Source: Methanococcus maripaludis (GTDB lineage: Archaea; AGJL01; Methanococci; Methanococcales; Methanococcaceae). From it: a DNA stretch of 32,000 nt. The first letter of the stretch is position 1; each line of letters starts with the position of its first letter. The stretch spans positions 600,001 through 632,000 of the forward strand of contig NZ_CP026606.1 in NCBI RefSeq assembly GCF_002945325.1, written 5' to 3'. The position numbers and the translations under genes are program-made. Under the pieces are notes generated by a model. That model was not told where the DNA came from. It searched no databases and saw nothing but the letters and a program-made list of their open reading frames with translations. Shown one piece after another: positions 12,743-22,963 of this stretch.

Positions 12743-13366
12743 TTAATTATTTTTTGCAACTTTTTCTTTTCTGTAATCGTAATACATCCATATTACAAGC
12801 AATATCACAAATATAATTAAGTTCTCTTTTAGAATTATTGAAATGTGTCCAAGATACGGAATTATAAATGGTTCGTCATTTAATTCAACTACCCTCTGTC
12901 TAACTTGTTCTGCACGTATTAATTCTGGATCATACGTCGGGTTATTATCCCCTTTTGTAATGTAATATTTGTTTCCCTCAGAATCAGTCCACGTATCAAT
13001 TACCCTGTGAATTACAGGCGTTGTTGGCGAATAACTCGAAATTATTGGCAGGTTATAAATCATACTTTCCCGGGAATTTAACTCGTAATAATTTAAATTT
13101 CGCCCGTTTATCGATAAGTCCTGGTTTATTATTTTATTTTCTCCAGCATTGGTCCAGTGGGCACTATAAACTATTATATCACCTACTGAGACGCTTTCGG
13201 GGTCAAACTCAAATAAAGAATTTTCCACAACTACAAAATCGCCTCTCGTCATTACTGGAACCATGCTGTCTGAGACCACAACATTGACATGTGTCCACAC
13301 AATAAGAAAGACAAATAAAAATACAGTCCATTCAAGAATATTTTTATTATTGATGATACCACCCAA
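12743..13366 (-). CDS. Archaeal type-I signal peptidase (S26B family)
   Basis: Hydrophobic N-terminus, VVSDSMVPVMTRGDFVVVEN (catalytic Ser region), VIHRVIDTWTDSEGNKYYITKGDNNPTYDPELI, C-terminal TM. Start codon uncertain. Confidence 0.82.
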   Translation of the reverse strand: MGGIINNKNILEWTVFLFVFLIVWTHVNVVVSDSMVPVMTRGDFVVVENSLFEFDPESVSVGDIIVYSAHWTNAGENKIINQDLSINGRNLNYYELNSRESMIYNLPIISSYSPTTPVIHRVIDTWTDSEGNKYYITKGDNNPTYDPELIRAEQVRQRVVELNDEPFIIPYLGHISIILKENLIIFVILLVIWMYYDYRKEKVAKNN

Positions 13367-13493
13367 ACTCTAATTTAATTTAGCGATTTTTGGATTCTTA
13401 ATAATAATATAGGTAAGCTAATATAAATTACATTGTGGTTTTGGGTTTAGTCATGATTTGATATTGGTATAGGCTTGTCATTTGTGGTTTTTT

Positions 13494-13510
13494 CCGAAAG
13501 ATTTATATAT
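13494..13510 (+). promoter_or_regulatory. Putative BRE/TATA promoter of the histone gene
   Basis: CCGAAAGATTTATATAT about 45 bp upstream of the histone ATG; matches the archaeal BRE plus TATA pattern. Confidence 0.6.
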
Positions 13511-13553
13511 TTAGTTTTCCAAAATTAAAACTGTAAAAGATTGAGGTGATTTT

Positions 13554-13757
13554 ATGGCAGAACTACCAGTTGCACCAGTAGTAAGAATATTAAAAAAAGC
13601 AGGTGCTGAAAGAGTAAGTGAAGATGCAGCAAAAATGTTTGTTGAAGCATTAGAAGAAATCGCAATGGATATTGCTAAAGAAGCAGCAGATTTATCAAAA
13701 CATGCTGGAAGAAAAACTGTTAAAGTTGAAGACATTAAAATGGCTTTAAAAATGTAA
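13554..13757 (+). CDS. Archaeal histone (HMf-like)
   Basis: 67 aa histone fold: [67 protein letters not shown]. Confidence 0.96.
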   Translation: MAELPVAPVVRILKKAGAERVSEDAAKMFVEALEEIAMDIAKEAADLSKHAGRKTVKVEDIKMALKM

Positions 13758-13993
13758 ATTACCCTTAATTGGGAAGTTACACGTTTAAAACTACTGATAA
13801 GTTAATTATCAGATATCAAAATCTTTGATTTTGTGATTCAATATTACAGTTATCACTTATCTTATTGTTACTTTTTTATTTTCTTTTTTCAGAATTTTTC
13901 AGCTAAAATTTTATATAATAAAGGATTATACTATTTAGGATAATTTAGAGTTATTATTTTTTGAAACTTACAAAATATAATTGAGGTTACTTC

Positions 13994-14671
13994 ATGGATG
14001 TAGTTTTTGCACTTGGAGGATCAGTCTTGATGCCAAAAGAAGGCGCGTCGACTGAAAACATTCAAAATTATGCTAAAGCTTTTAAAAAATTAAAAGAAAT
14101 GGGCCATAGAGTTTCTGTCGTTGTTGGCGGAGGAAACACTGCAAGGCAATACATATCAGTTGCGCGAGAATTTGCAAATGAATCTTTTTGTGATGAAATC
14201 GGAATCCTTGCAACACGAATGAACAGCATGCTGTTAATTTCAGCACTTGGAAAAGATGCAGTAAAACAAGTTCCTGAAAATTTCAAAGATGCTGAAATTA
14301 TTTTAAATATGGACAAAATACTTGTAATGGGTGGAACTCATCCTGCACACACTACAGATGCAGTTTCAGCAACTCTCGCAGAATTTATTGATGCGGATTT
14401 ACTCGTTATTGCAACAAATGTTGATGGAGTATACAATAAGGACCCAAGATGCAATAAAGATGCAGTAAAACTTGATAAAATAAATACAAAAGAACTTTTA
14501 GAGATTACTGGTTCAAGTTCAATGAGTGCGGGATCATCTGGTGTCGTTGATCCATTAGCATCAAAAATTATTGATAGGGCAAAATTAAAAACTATTGTTG
14601 TAAAAGGAATTCCTGAAGAAATTATATCGTCAGTTTCTGGAAATCATAACGGAACTACCATTACTCCCTAA
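13994..14671 (+). CDS. pyrH: Uridylate (UMP) kinase, archaeal PyrH
   Basis: MDVVFALGGSVLMPKEG, VSVVVGGGNTARQYISVAREF, ILVMGGTHPAHTTDAVSATLAEFIDADLLVIATNVDGVYNKDP, SSGVVDPLASKII. Confidence 0.92.
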   Translation: MDVVFALGGSVLMPKEGASTENIQNYAKAFKKLKEMGHRVSVVVGGGNTARQYISVAREFANESFCDEIGILATRMNSMLLISALGKDAVKQVPENFKDAEIILNMDKILVMGGTHPAHTTDAVSATLAEFIDADLLVIATNVDGVYNKDPRCNKDAVKLDKINTKELLEITGSSSMSAGSSGVVDPLASKIIDRAKLKTIVVKGIPEEIISSVSGNHNGTTITP

Positions 14672-14825
14672 ACCCTTTTCTTTCTAAAGAAAAAAGCCTT
14701 TTTTGCAAAATTAAATTTTGCAAAATATCAGAAAGCTCTGCTTTCTGCCTATGATGGGAAAAGAAAGATTTGTAGGTATTTATTTAAAACTTCAAAAACT
14801 AAATATTACACTTTGGTGATTAAAA

Positions 14826-15008
14826 ATGGAAAAACACAAACACTGCATAAATTGCGGATTATCCATCCCTCCAGAAGAATCATTCTGCTCACAAAAATGT
14901 AAAGAAGAATTTGTTCAGAAAAGAAAGAAAATGATGAGAAGTCAGCAGATATTCTTTGTTGCGATGCTCGTTATCTTGGCAGTTTATGCATACACTGCAT
15001 TTTTCTAA
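14826..15008 (+). CDS. DUF2116-like small protein with zinc-ribbon-like N-terminus and C-terminal TM helix
   Basis: MEKHKHCINCGLSIPPEESFCSQKCKEEFVQKRKKMMRSQQIFFVAMLVILAVYAYTAFF. Confidence 0.75.
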   Translation: MEKHKHCINCGLSIPPEESFCSQKCKEEFVQKRKKMMRSQQIFFVAMLVILAVYAYTAFF

Positions 15009-15180
15009 TAAAAAAGCATTTTTAAAAAAATTTTTTTAAATATTTAACCCATAAGTTTAAATACTACGGTTAATATGTTTATGTGTTAGCAAAGTGTTAG
15101 TCATGAGCCAATATTGTTGAAATGAGTTAGAGCACTCAGGCGACCTTTTAAAAAAGGTCGATCAAAAGCTAATTGTTTGA

Positions 15181-15259
15181 AGCGAGGTAGGGTAGCCAGG
15201 CCTATCCCGCCGGGCTCATAACCCGGAGATCAGAAGTTCAAATCTTCTCCTCGCTACCA
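15181..15259 (+). tRNA. Initiator tRNA-Met (CAU), copy 1, CCA encoded
   Basis: Acceptor AGCGAGG/CCTCGCT, anticodon arm CCGGG-CTCATAA-CCCGG, T arm AGAAG-TTCAAAT-CTTCT, then ACCA. The three consecutive G:C pairs next to the anticodon loop indicate an initiator. Confidence 0.95.
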
Positions 15260-15358
15260 TTTTTTATAATGAAATATTTTCAAAATGATTCGTACAATTT
15301 TAAAATTGTTATTCGAGTTTTTGGAATCTTTTTTGATCCAAATAATATTTGTAATTGA

Positions 15359-15437
15359 AGCGAGGTAGGGTAGCCAGGCCTATCCCGCCGGGCTCATAAC
15401 CCGGAGATCAGAAGTTCAAATCTTCTCCTCGCTACCA
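15359..15437 (+). tRNA. Initiator tRNA-Met (CAU), copy 2, identical to copy 1
   Basis: By-eye comparison shows the same 79-nt sequence as 15181-15259, including ACCA; about 99 bp intervening spacer. Confidence 0.94.
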
Positions 15438-15639
15438 TTTTTTTTAAAAACTAAACTGTAATCGTAGATAAGCAACATTCCATTCGTTTAAAACTGTAGT
15501 ACCATTTTTTTAAAATTAGGATTATTGTGATCTTTATTTTTCGATAAATCAATCATTATATCCAAATATATTTAAAAATTAATTTCAACAGATATCATAT
15601 TTTTAAAAATAGAACCATATATTTAAATATAACAATATT

Positions 15640-15679
15640 ATCTTTCAAAAAAAGAAAAAGTGGGTCAAAAGACCCACTT
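15640..15679 (-). terminator. Hairpin plus T-tract terminator-like element downstream of the S-layer gene
   Basis: AAGTGGGTC-AAAA-GACCCACTT at 15658-15679 (9 bp perfect stem). Read on the minus strand it lies after the S-layer stop and runs into TTTTCTTTTTTTG. Confidence 0.75.
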
Positions 15680-15713
15680 AGTTTATTTTTTATTAAACTT
15701 TTTAAAAGTTTAA

Positions 15714-17330
15714 TTATAACATGTCGATTAAAGCTTCAGCAGCTTCTTCTGTTGCAGCTCTGTCTCCACCAGCTACAACTAATACATCGTTACCGTTTGC
15801 AGCGCCAGCAGCTACTGCTAAGGTTGCAGGTGATTCGTTGTCGATTGCAACTAATCCAGCGTCAGCGAGTTCAGCTGTTAATGCGTTTACAACTGGTCCA
15901 CCAACTAAGATTAATCCTTTGTCAGCAGCATCTAATGAAGCTTCTGAGTCTAATACTGCAATAGGTGCAGTCATTACAACAGCTTCTTTAGCTTCAGCAT
16001 CGATTTCAGCTAACTTAATTTCAGCGTTTAATACATTTACTGATTGACCGATAGCTAATGAAACTTCTTTTGCCTGGTCCATTTTGAAGAGAACGTTAGT
16101 GTCGTCGTCGTCGTCTTCTAAGTCAAATGTCACGTAATCAGCAATATCAAAGTCGTCTCCACCTTCTAAACCTTCTTCGTCGTCTCCAACGTATTTTAAA
16201 GCAAGACCGGATACAACTAATCCTGATTTACTTGCGTCATCTTCAAAGATGTCGTCAATGTCGGTTATTGTAGCGTCTGAGTTAAATAAGTATAATTCCC
16301 AGTCAGGTAAGAATTCTTCTCCCAAGTCTGCTTTAACTACATTATCAACAATTACAAGTTCTGCGTAACCGTAGTCTGAACCTACGTTTTCCCATGCACT
16401 GTTTACAACTACACCGATGTCGCCGTAAACCATTTTAATTTGTGTTGTGTCGAATTTTTCAGCAACTGTTTTTCCATCTTTTAAGATTTTAACATTTACT
16501 TTTGGTTCCTCGGTTGTACCAAGTGGTGATAAAACTGAATCTACTTTAACAGTGTATCCGTTTCCTAAATCGTATGATTCACCTTCTTTGATAACTCCAT
16601 CAAATACTTCTTTACCTATTACAACGAAATCGTCGTCTGAATCAACTTTAACTAATACGTATTCTTCCCCTAAGAATGGTATTCTCATTCCAGGTTGGAG
16701 TTTAACGAAACCATCTTCAATTGTGTCGTTAGTTACTGCGGAAATGTAAGCTACATCACTGTCGTTGATGTCAAATTCTCCTACTTTACTGGTTGAAGAA
16801 ACTGTTGCATATACTAATTCTGCAGCATTGTCTTCTTCATCACTGTACCATTCTGAAGGGTCAATGTCGTCAATTTCTACCAATGTATCTAATTTTCCTA
16901 ATGATACGTAGTTTGTAATTACAAATGATGAATCATTGAATAATTCATTGTAATCTTTATCTGCGGATGTTACAAATGTTGCAGGGAATGTACCTACGTT
17001 TGCTTCATCATCAGCATCGTATACTTGTTCGTCGTCTGATTCTGCTTCAGCTTTAACTGAAACTGTTGCAGCTCCATCTTCAACTGTTCCTTCTGTGAAC
17101 ATTAATGATCCGATTTTTGCAGCGATGTTAGCAGCTGAAACAACGTCTAAAGCAGCAGCGTTTGAACCTACTACAATATCTACGTTTGCGTTTCCATCTG
17201 CAACTACGTCAGCAGCGAAAGCATCTACATCTCCAACTTTTTCAGCAGCGAAAGCGCCTGTTGCTAAAGCGGATGCAACCATTGCACCGCCTACAGCAAT
17301 AGCACCTATTTTTTTCATGCTCATAGCCAT
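15714..17330 (-). CDS. slp: Methanococcal S-layer protein
   Basis: 538 aa with signal peptide MAMSMKKIGAIAVGGAMVASALATGAFA, strongly acidic body with DDD/EEE runs, and C-terminus AAGAANGNDVLVVAGGDRAATEEAAEALIDML typical of Methanococcales S-layer proteins. Confidence 0.88.
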   Translation of the reverse strand: MAMSMKKIGAIAVGGAMVASALATGAFAAEKVGDVDAFAADVVADGNANVDIVVGSNAAALDVVSAANIAAKIGSLMFTEGTVEDGAATVSVKAEAESDDEQVYDADDEANVGTFPATFVTSADKDYNELFNDSSFVITNYVSLGKLDTLVEIDDIDPSEWYSDEEDNAAELVYATVSSTSKVGEFDINDSDVAYISAVTNDTIEDGFVKLQPGMRIPFLGEEYVLVKVDSDDDFVVIGKEVFDGVIKEGESYDLGNGYTVKVDSVLSPLGTTEEPKVNVKILKDGKTVAEKFDTTQIKMVYGDIGVVVNSAWENVGSDYGYAELVIVDNVVKADLGEEFLPDWELYLFNSDATITDIDDIFEDDASKSGLVVSGLALKYVGDDEEGLEGGDDFDIADYVTFDLEDDDDDTNVLFKMDQAKEVSLAIGQSVNVLNAEIKLAEIDAEAKEAVVMTAPIAVLDSEASLDAADKGLILVGGPVVNALTAELADAGLVAIDNESPATLAVAAGAANGNDVLVVAGGDRAATEEAAEALIDML

Positions 17331-17383
17331 AGTAATTCACCTTTGTTGTGTTACTTTTTTTACAAGAATAGCCTTGTCGCCAT

Positions 17384-17396
17384 CACTATATATACC
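17384..17396 (-). promoter_or_regulatory. Putative TATA box of the S-layer gene
   Basis: Minus-strand GGTATATATAGTG about 55 bp upstream of the start codon. Confidence 0.5.
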
Positions 17397-17759
17397 TTAC
17401 CATTTGAAACGGTTGCAATAATAGTTTCAGGGGATTAAACTATTTAATATGGGTTAAATTTTAAAAATAAATCCAAAAAAGTAATTATTTTAAAAAATAA
17501 ACTGTTGCAAATATTTGCAACTTTTTTAAAGAATTTTTTAAAAATAAAAAATTTTAAAATTCTGCATAACTTAGCATTTTAAAATATAACGAAATTGTAT
17601 TCTTTGAATGTTTTTTAAACTATTTTAAAAATATATTTGTAAATCCAAATATTTGAGAATATATTGTACTATTGACATAATTTACTTCGCATTAAAGTAA
17701 ATCAAATAAAATCTGTAAAAAAATGTTATTAAAAATAATTAAAAATAAAAGTAAGTCAT

Positions 17760-19532
17760 TTATTCATCGAGGTAATAGTATTCCCCAATTTCTTTTTGGT
17801 AAACGTCTCTTTGGCTTCCTTCCTTGTTAACTCTTGGCCTTCCAGTGTCGGGATCTCTTCTAAATGTAATTCCCATTTCTTTTAAAAATTTGTTTGCACC
17901 AGCTCGTTTTTGTAATGGCTCTGAACCAGTTCCGCTTGATCCTGCATTTCCGCTGAATACGATAAATCTATCAGAAATGTAATCCTGGAATAAAATATCG
18001 TGGTCAACTACAAACATTGCTGCTTCTTTTTCATCAGCCATTCTTCTAATTACCCTTGATGTAGTCAATCTCTGCTCAACATCCAAAAATGCAGAAGGCT
18101 CATCTATTAAATAAAGATCTGCATCCTGACTTAAACACGCTGCAATTGAGACTCTTTGGAGTTCCCCGCCTGAAAGGTCTTTTACTGATGAATCAAGTAT
18201 GTTTTCAAGTGCAAGCGGTTTTATTATCTCTGATTTGTAGTAGGAAGTATGAATTGCAGTAATTGACATTAATAAATCTTCAACCGTTCCTTCAAAATCT
18301 GATGAAATGTACTGCGGTTTATATGAAACTTTAACATCTCCATTAACTTCTCCTGAATCTGGCGAAATTACTCCTGCAAGTGCTTTTACAAATGTAGTCT
18401 TTCCAATACCATTTGGCCCTAAAATTCCTACAACTTCCCCCTGATAGATTTGACCGCCATTGACATTTAAGCTGAAATCCCCAAGTTTCTTTGAAATATC
18501 CGTATAATCCAAAAGTAAAGGCCTATTGGTGCTGTCTTGTGGAGGTCTTTTTTCAAATACTATCGGGCTTTTTCTAAATCTTATGTTTTCTTCTTTTAAG
18601 AAACCATCAAGGTACGTGTTTATCCCAACTCTCGTTCCTCTCGGGTGAGTTACAACCCCGTAAGCTGAAGGGATACCATACATTATATGAATGTAATCTG
18701 AAAGGTAGTCTAAAACAATCAAATCGTGCTCTACTGCAACAACTTTTTTGCCCTCAGCAACTTCCCTTATTACTTTTGCCGCACTAAATCTCTGTTTTAC
18801 ATCTAACCAGGACGTAGGCTCATCAAAATAATAAATGTCACCTTCTCTAAGGCATGCTGCTGCAATTGCAACTCTTTGAAGTTCCCCGCCTGAAAGCTGG
18901 TCAAAAGTCCTATCCAAAAGATTCGAAAGTTCAAGGGCAGTTATAATTTTTTCAAATTCTCCTTTTTCATCTACTTTTTTGAGAAGTTCCCCAACTTTTC
19001 CTTTTACAACTTTTGGTAAAACATCAACGTATTGAGGTTTGTGAATTGGTTTTATCCCATTGTTTTTCAATTTTTCAAAGTAATTTTGAAGTTCGGTTCC
19101 TGAAAAATAGTCTAAAACTTTTTTCATGTCAGGAGTTTCTGTTAAATCATTTAAATTTAATACCATTTCCCCGCTTAAAGCTTTAATTATTGTTGATTTT
19201 CCAACACCGTTTGGACCCAAAAGCCCAGTTACTCCATCTCTTGGAGTAATTAATCCATACAATCTAAACCGGTTTTGACCGTACGAATGAACAATCCTGT
19301 CATCCGTTAACTCTTCAGGAAGCCCGATAATTCTTATCGCTCCAAATGGACATCTTTTTGTACAGATACCGCATCCGCTACAAAGTTCCTCGGAAATTAT
19401 TGGTTTTCCTAAATTTTCATCCATTACTATTGTTTCTTCTTCCATCCTGACTCCAGGACAGTACTTCATGCATTCCATCGAACATCGTCTTGGTTGACAT
19501 CTATCATAATCTAAAATCGCCAGTCGCGACAT
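17760..19532 (-). CDS. ABCE1/Rli1 ribosome-recycling ATPase
   Basis: N-terminal Fe-S region (MSRLAILDYDRCQPRRCSMECMKYCPGV, CSGCGICTKRCPFGAI) plus two ABC modules: GPNGVGKST, LSGGELQRVAIAAA, GPNGIGKTTF, LSGGELQRVSIAA. MSRL start at 19532 follows a GGTGA site. Confidence 0.96.
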   Translation of the reverse strand: MSRLAILDYDRCQPRRCSMECMKYCPGVRMEEETIVMDENLGKPIISEELCSGCGICTKRCPFGAIRIIGLPEELTDDRIVHSYGQNRFRLYGLITPRDGVTGLLGPNGVGKSTIIKALSGEMVLNLNDLTETPDMKKVLDYFSGTELQNYFEKLKNNGIKPIHKPQYVDVLPKVVKGKVGELLKKVDEKGEFEKIITALELSNLLDRTFDQLSGGELQRVAIAAACLREGDIYYFDEPTSWLDVKQRFSAAKVIREVAEGKKVVAVEHDLIVLDYLSDYIHIMYGIPSAYGVVTHPRGTRVGINTYLDGFLKEENIRFRKSPIVFEKRPPQDSTNRPLLLDYTDISKKLGDFSLNVNGGQIYQGEVVGILGPNGIGKTTFVKALAGVISPDSGEVNGDVKVSYKPQYISSDFEGTVEDLLMSITAIHTSYYKSEIIKPLALENILDSSVKDLSGGELQRVSIAACLSQDADLYLIDEPSAFLDVEQRLTTSRVIRRMADEKEAAMFVVDHDILFQDYISDRFIVFSGNAGSSGTGSEPLQKRAGANKFLKEMGITFRRDPDTGRPRVNKEGSQRDVYQKEIGEYYYLDE

Positions 19533-19608
19533 TAAAATCACCAAAATATAAATTTACTATCTGATTACTATAATTAATTTGTATCAAATTTGTTAAATCG
19601 TTTAAATT

Positions 19609-20097
19609 TTAATTTTTTTGTTTCTTTGCGTAATTTATAAGCCCGCCTTCATCCATTATATCTTTTGCAGTTCCTGTCGGAAGATTGCAGTCAAGAACAG
19701 TGTCTTTTAGGATAACTTTTTTTTCTTCGAGATCTAATTCTATTACATCCCCATCTTTGACGTGTTTTGATATTCCTTTACATTCAATTGGAAATACTCC
19801 TAAATTTATGCAGTTTCTGTAAAATATCCTTGCAAAACTCTCGACAATTATTGCCTTGATTCCGCAGTATTTTATGGCAATTGGAGCCTGTTCCCTTGAA
19901 CTTCCACATCCAAAGTTTTCACCTGCAACTAAAAAGTCACCATCTTTGACCATTTTTGGAAAATTTTCGTCAATTCCTGCCATACAGTGCGATGCAAGCT
20001 CGTATTCATCCGTCGTTTTTAAATAAGCTCCGGGAATTATCGCATCAGTATCGATGTCGTCCCCAAATAAGTGCACCTTACCAGTTATTTTCATCAT
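19609..20097 (-). CDS. Aconitase-superfamily small subunit: 3-isopropylmalate dehydratase (LeuD) or methanogen homoaconitase (HacB) small subunit
   Basis: [84 protein letters not shown]. Confidence 0.9.
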   Translation of the reverse strand: MMKITGKVHLFGDDIDTDAIIPGAYLKTTDEYELASHCMAGIDENFPKMVKDGDFLVAGENFGCGSSREQAPIAIKYCGIKAIIVESFARIFYRNCINLGVFPIECKGISKHVKDGDVIELDLEEKKVILKDTVLDCNLPTGTAKDIMDEGGLINYAKKQKN

Positions 20098-20275
20098 GTC
20101 ACCATCAATAACTAAAATAAAACCGAATTTTTCCGAATTTAAATTAAAAATATACTAAAAACTGTAACTCTCAAATATTACTTTAATGAACATATAAATT
20201 TAACTAATATTTTATAAAAATCTAAAAAATAGTTTTGATTATAGAACTCATAACCTAAATTTCTGCGGTGTTTTA

Positions 20276-22630
20276 ATGGAAAGCCTGATTGATTTGGACT
20301 ACAATTCTGACGACTTGTGCATATACTTATATTTAATAAATAGTATCATAAAAGAAAAAGATTTCAAACCTTATTTTTACGTAAATTCAACGGATAAGGA
20401 ACAAATCCTCGAATTTTTAAAAGATTACGAAAAAAAACATAAATTAGATAGTGAAATCAGCAAAATGATTGAAAACATCGAAACTGTTAAAAAAATAGTT
20501 TTTGATGAAAATTATCAGGAAAAAGAGCTCTCAAAAGTTACTGTAAAATACCCAAATAACGTAAAAACAGTTCGAGAAATATTGATGGAATTTGAAAGGC
20601 TCTATGAGTATGATATTCCATTTGTAAGACGTTATTTAATAGATAATAGCGTTATCCCTACGTCCACATGGGATTTTGAAAATAATAAAAAGATAGATAA
20701 TAAAATTCCGGATTTTAAAACTGTTTCTTTTGATATTGAAGTTTACTGCAATAAAGAGCCAAATCCAAAAAAAGACCCAATAATAATGGCAAGTTTTAGT
20801 TCAAAAGATTTTAACACCGTAGTTTCCACCAAAAAATTCAACCACGAAAAATTAGAATATGTAAAAGATGAAAAGGAACTTATAAAACGAATTATCGAGA
20901 TTTTAAAAGATTATGATATAATTTACACATATAATGGGGACAATTTTGATTTTCCATACCTTAAAAAAAGAGCTGAAAGTTTTGGGCTTGAACTAAAGCT
21001 TGGGAAAAACGATGAAAAAATAAAGATCACAAAAGGGGGAATGAATTCTAAAAGCTACATCCCCGGAAGAGTTCATATCGATTTATACCCTATTGCAAGA
21101 CGGTTATTAAATTTAACAAAATACCGGCTCGAAAATGTAACCGAAGCTCTTTTTGACGTAAAAAAAGTAGACGTTGGTCATGAAAATATTCCAAAGATGT
21201 GGGATAATTTAGATGAAACACTTGTAGAATATTCACATCAGGATGCATATTATACTCAAAGAATCGGAGAACAGTTTTTACCTCTTGAAATAATGTTTTC
21301 TCGAGTTGTAAATCAGTCCCTTTATGATATAAACCGTATGAGCAGCAGTCAAATGGTAGAATATTTACTTTTAAAAAATTCTTACAAAATGGGAGTTATA
21401 GCGCCAAACAGACCTTCTGGTAAAGAATATCAAAAAAGAATCCGAAGTTCATATGAAGGGGGATATGTAAAAGAGCCATTGAAAGGAATTCATGAAGATA
21501 TTGTTTCGATGGACTTTTTAAGCCTTTACCCTTCAATTATAATGAGCCACAACTTAAGCCCTGAAACAATAGACTGCACTTGTTGTGCTAACGAAGAAAA
21601 TGGTGAAAATGAAGAAATATTGGGCCACAAATTCTGTAAAAAAAGTATTGGAATTATCCCAAAAACCCTCATGGATTTAATAAATAGGCGAAAAAAAGTC
21701 AAAAAAGTTTTAAAAGAAAAAGCTGAAAAAGGAGAATTTGACGAAGAATACCAGATTTTAGACTACGAACAAAGATCTATCAAAGTTCTTGCAAATTCTC
21801 ACTACGGATACCTCGCATTTCCAATGGCAAGGTGGTATTCGAGAGATTGCGCAGAAATTACAACACATCTTGGAAGGCAGTATATTCAAAAAACTATTGA
21901 AGAAGCTGAAAATTTTGGATTTAAAGTAATTTATGCAGATACTGATGGATTTTATTCGAAATGGGCCGACGATAAAGAAAAGCTGTCAAAAGATGAGCTT
22001 TTAGAAAAAACCCGTGAATTTTTAAAAAATATAAATAATACTCTGCCTGGAGAAATGGAACTTGAATTTGAAGGGTATTTTAAAAGGGGAATTTTTGTAA
22101 CCAAAAAGAAATACGCACTTATTGACGAAAATGAAAAAATTACGGTAAAAGGCCTTGAAGTAGTAAGGCGAGATTGGTCCAATGTTTCAAAAAATACACA
22201 AAAAAGCGTATTGAACGCACTTTTAAAAGAAGGTAGCGTTGAAAATGCAAAAAAAGTGATTCAAGATACCATTAAAGAGTTAAAGGATGGAAAAGTAAAT
22301 AATGAAGATTTATTGATTCATACTCAGCTTACAAAAAGAATCGAAGACTATAAAACCACAGCCCCACATGTTGAGGTTGCAAAAAAAATATTGAAGTCAG
22401 GAAATCGGGTAAATGTTGGTGATGTTATCAGCTACATCATAACAAGCGGAAATAAATCGATTAGTGAGCGGGCGGAAATACTGGAAAATGCAAAAAATTA
22501 CGATACAAATTATTATATCGAAAATCAGATTTTACCCCCCGTTATACGATTAATGGAAGCTTTAGGAATTACTAAAGACGAATTAAAAGATTCTAAAAAG
22601 CAGTACACGTTGCACCATTTTTTAAAGTGA
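20276..22630 (+). CDS. polB: Family B DNA polymerase; no intein seen
   Basis: Exonuclease motifs SFDIEVYC and [13 protein letters not shown]; polymerase motifs [53 protein letters not shown] all intact. Confidence 0.95.
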   Translation: MESLIDLDYNSDDLCIYLYLINSIIKEKDFKPYFYVNSTDKEQILEFLKDYEKKHKLDSEISKMIENIETVKKIVFDENYQEKELSKVTVKYPNNVKTVREILMEFERLYEYDIPFVRRYLIDNSVIPTSTWDFENNKKIDNKIPDFKTVSFDIEVYCNKEPNPKKDPIIMASFSSKDFNTVVSTKKFNHEKLEYVKDEKELIKRIIEILKDYDIIYTYNGDNFDFPYLKKRAESFGLELKLGKNDEKIKITKGGMNSKSYIPGRVHIDLYPIARRLLNLTKYRLENVTEALFDVKKVDVGHENIPKMWDNLDETLVEYSHQDAYYTQRIGEQFLPLEIMFSRVVNQSLYDINRMSSSQMVEYLLLKNSYKMGVIAPNRPSGKEYQKRIRSSYEGGYVKEPLKGIHEDIVSMDFLSLYPSIIMSHNLSPETIDCTCCANEENGENEEILGHKFCKKSIGIIPKTLMDLINRRKKVKKVLKEKAEKGEFDEEYQILDYEQRSIKVLANSHYGYLAFPMARWYSRDCAEITTHLGRQYIQKTIEEAENFGFKVIYADTDGFYSKWADDKEKLSKDELLEKTREFLKNINNTLPGEMELEFEGYFKRGIFVTKKKYALIDENEKITVKGLEVVRRDWSNVSKNTQKSVLNALLKEGSVENAKKVIQDTIKELKDGKVNNEDLLIHTQLTKRIEDYKTTAPHVEVAKKILKSGNRVNVGDVISYIITSGNKSISERAEILENAKNYDTNYYIENQILPPVIRLMEALGITKDELKDSKKQYTLHHFLK

Positions 22631-22634
22631 TTTT

Positions 22635-22958
22635 ATGGAATATTTTAATATTTTTGCGTATGGAGAATTGATGAAAGAAAACGTAAATCTCGAATTAATA
22701 GGGAGAATCCCCGAAAAAAATTCTGGAAAAATATATAATTTTGAAAAATTTTTTGATGAAAAAATAGGATACTGGGGAGTGAGAATAAAAGAAAATTCCT
22801 ATGTGAATGGAGTCATTCTTTTTAATATCACTTCAGACGAACTGGAAATTTTTGACGATTATGAAGATGAAGGGATATATTACTCAAAAAATAAAACTAT
22901 TTGCCGTGATTTAAATGGAAATAATTATGAATCATACGTTTACGTAAGATTGGAGTGA
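22635..22958 (+). CDS. Gamma-glutamylcyclotransferase (AIG2-like) family protein
   Basis: MEYFNIFAYGELMKENVNLELIG...GVILFNITSDELEIFDDYEDEGIYYSKN resembles the GGCT fold (YGxL and DxYE-type motifs). Confidence 0.72.
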   Translation: MEYFNIFAYGELMKENVNLELIGRIPEKNSGKIYNFEKFFDEKIGYWGVRIKENSYVNGVILFNITSDELEIFDDYEDEGIYYSKNKTICRDLNGNNYESYVYVRLE

Positions 22959-22963
22959 AAATT

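Noticed and set aside
15181-15437. Considered the duplicated tRNA as an att site of an integrated element
   Set aside because: Both copies are complete including ACCA and are separated by only about 99 bp with no ORF or integrase between them, so this is a gene duplication rather than an integration footprint.
15721-17421. Plus-strand ORFs rich in Ala/Ser/Thr opposite the S-layer gene (15721-16047, 17095-17421 and others)
   Set aside because: Mirror frames of a strongly biased Ala/Asp/Glu-rich S-layer gene; no independent start signals.
20276-22630. Looked for an intein or split in polB
   Set aside because: The motifs are contiguous and in order, with no intein-like insertion.
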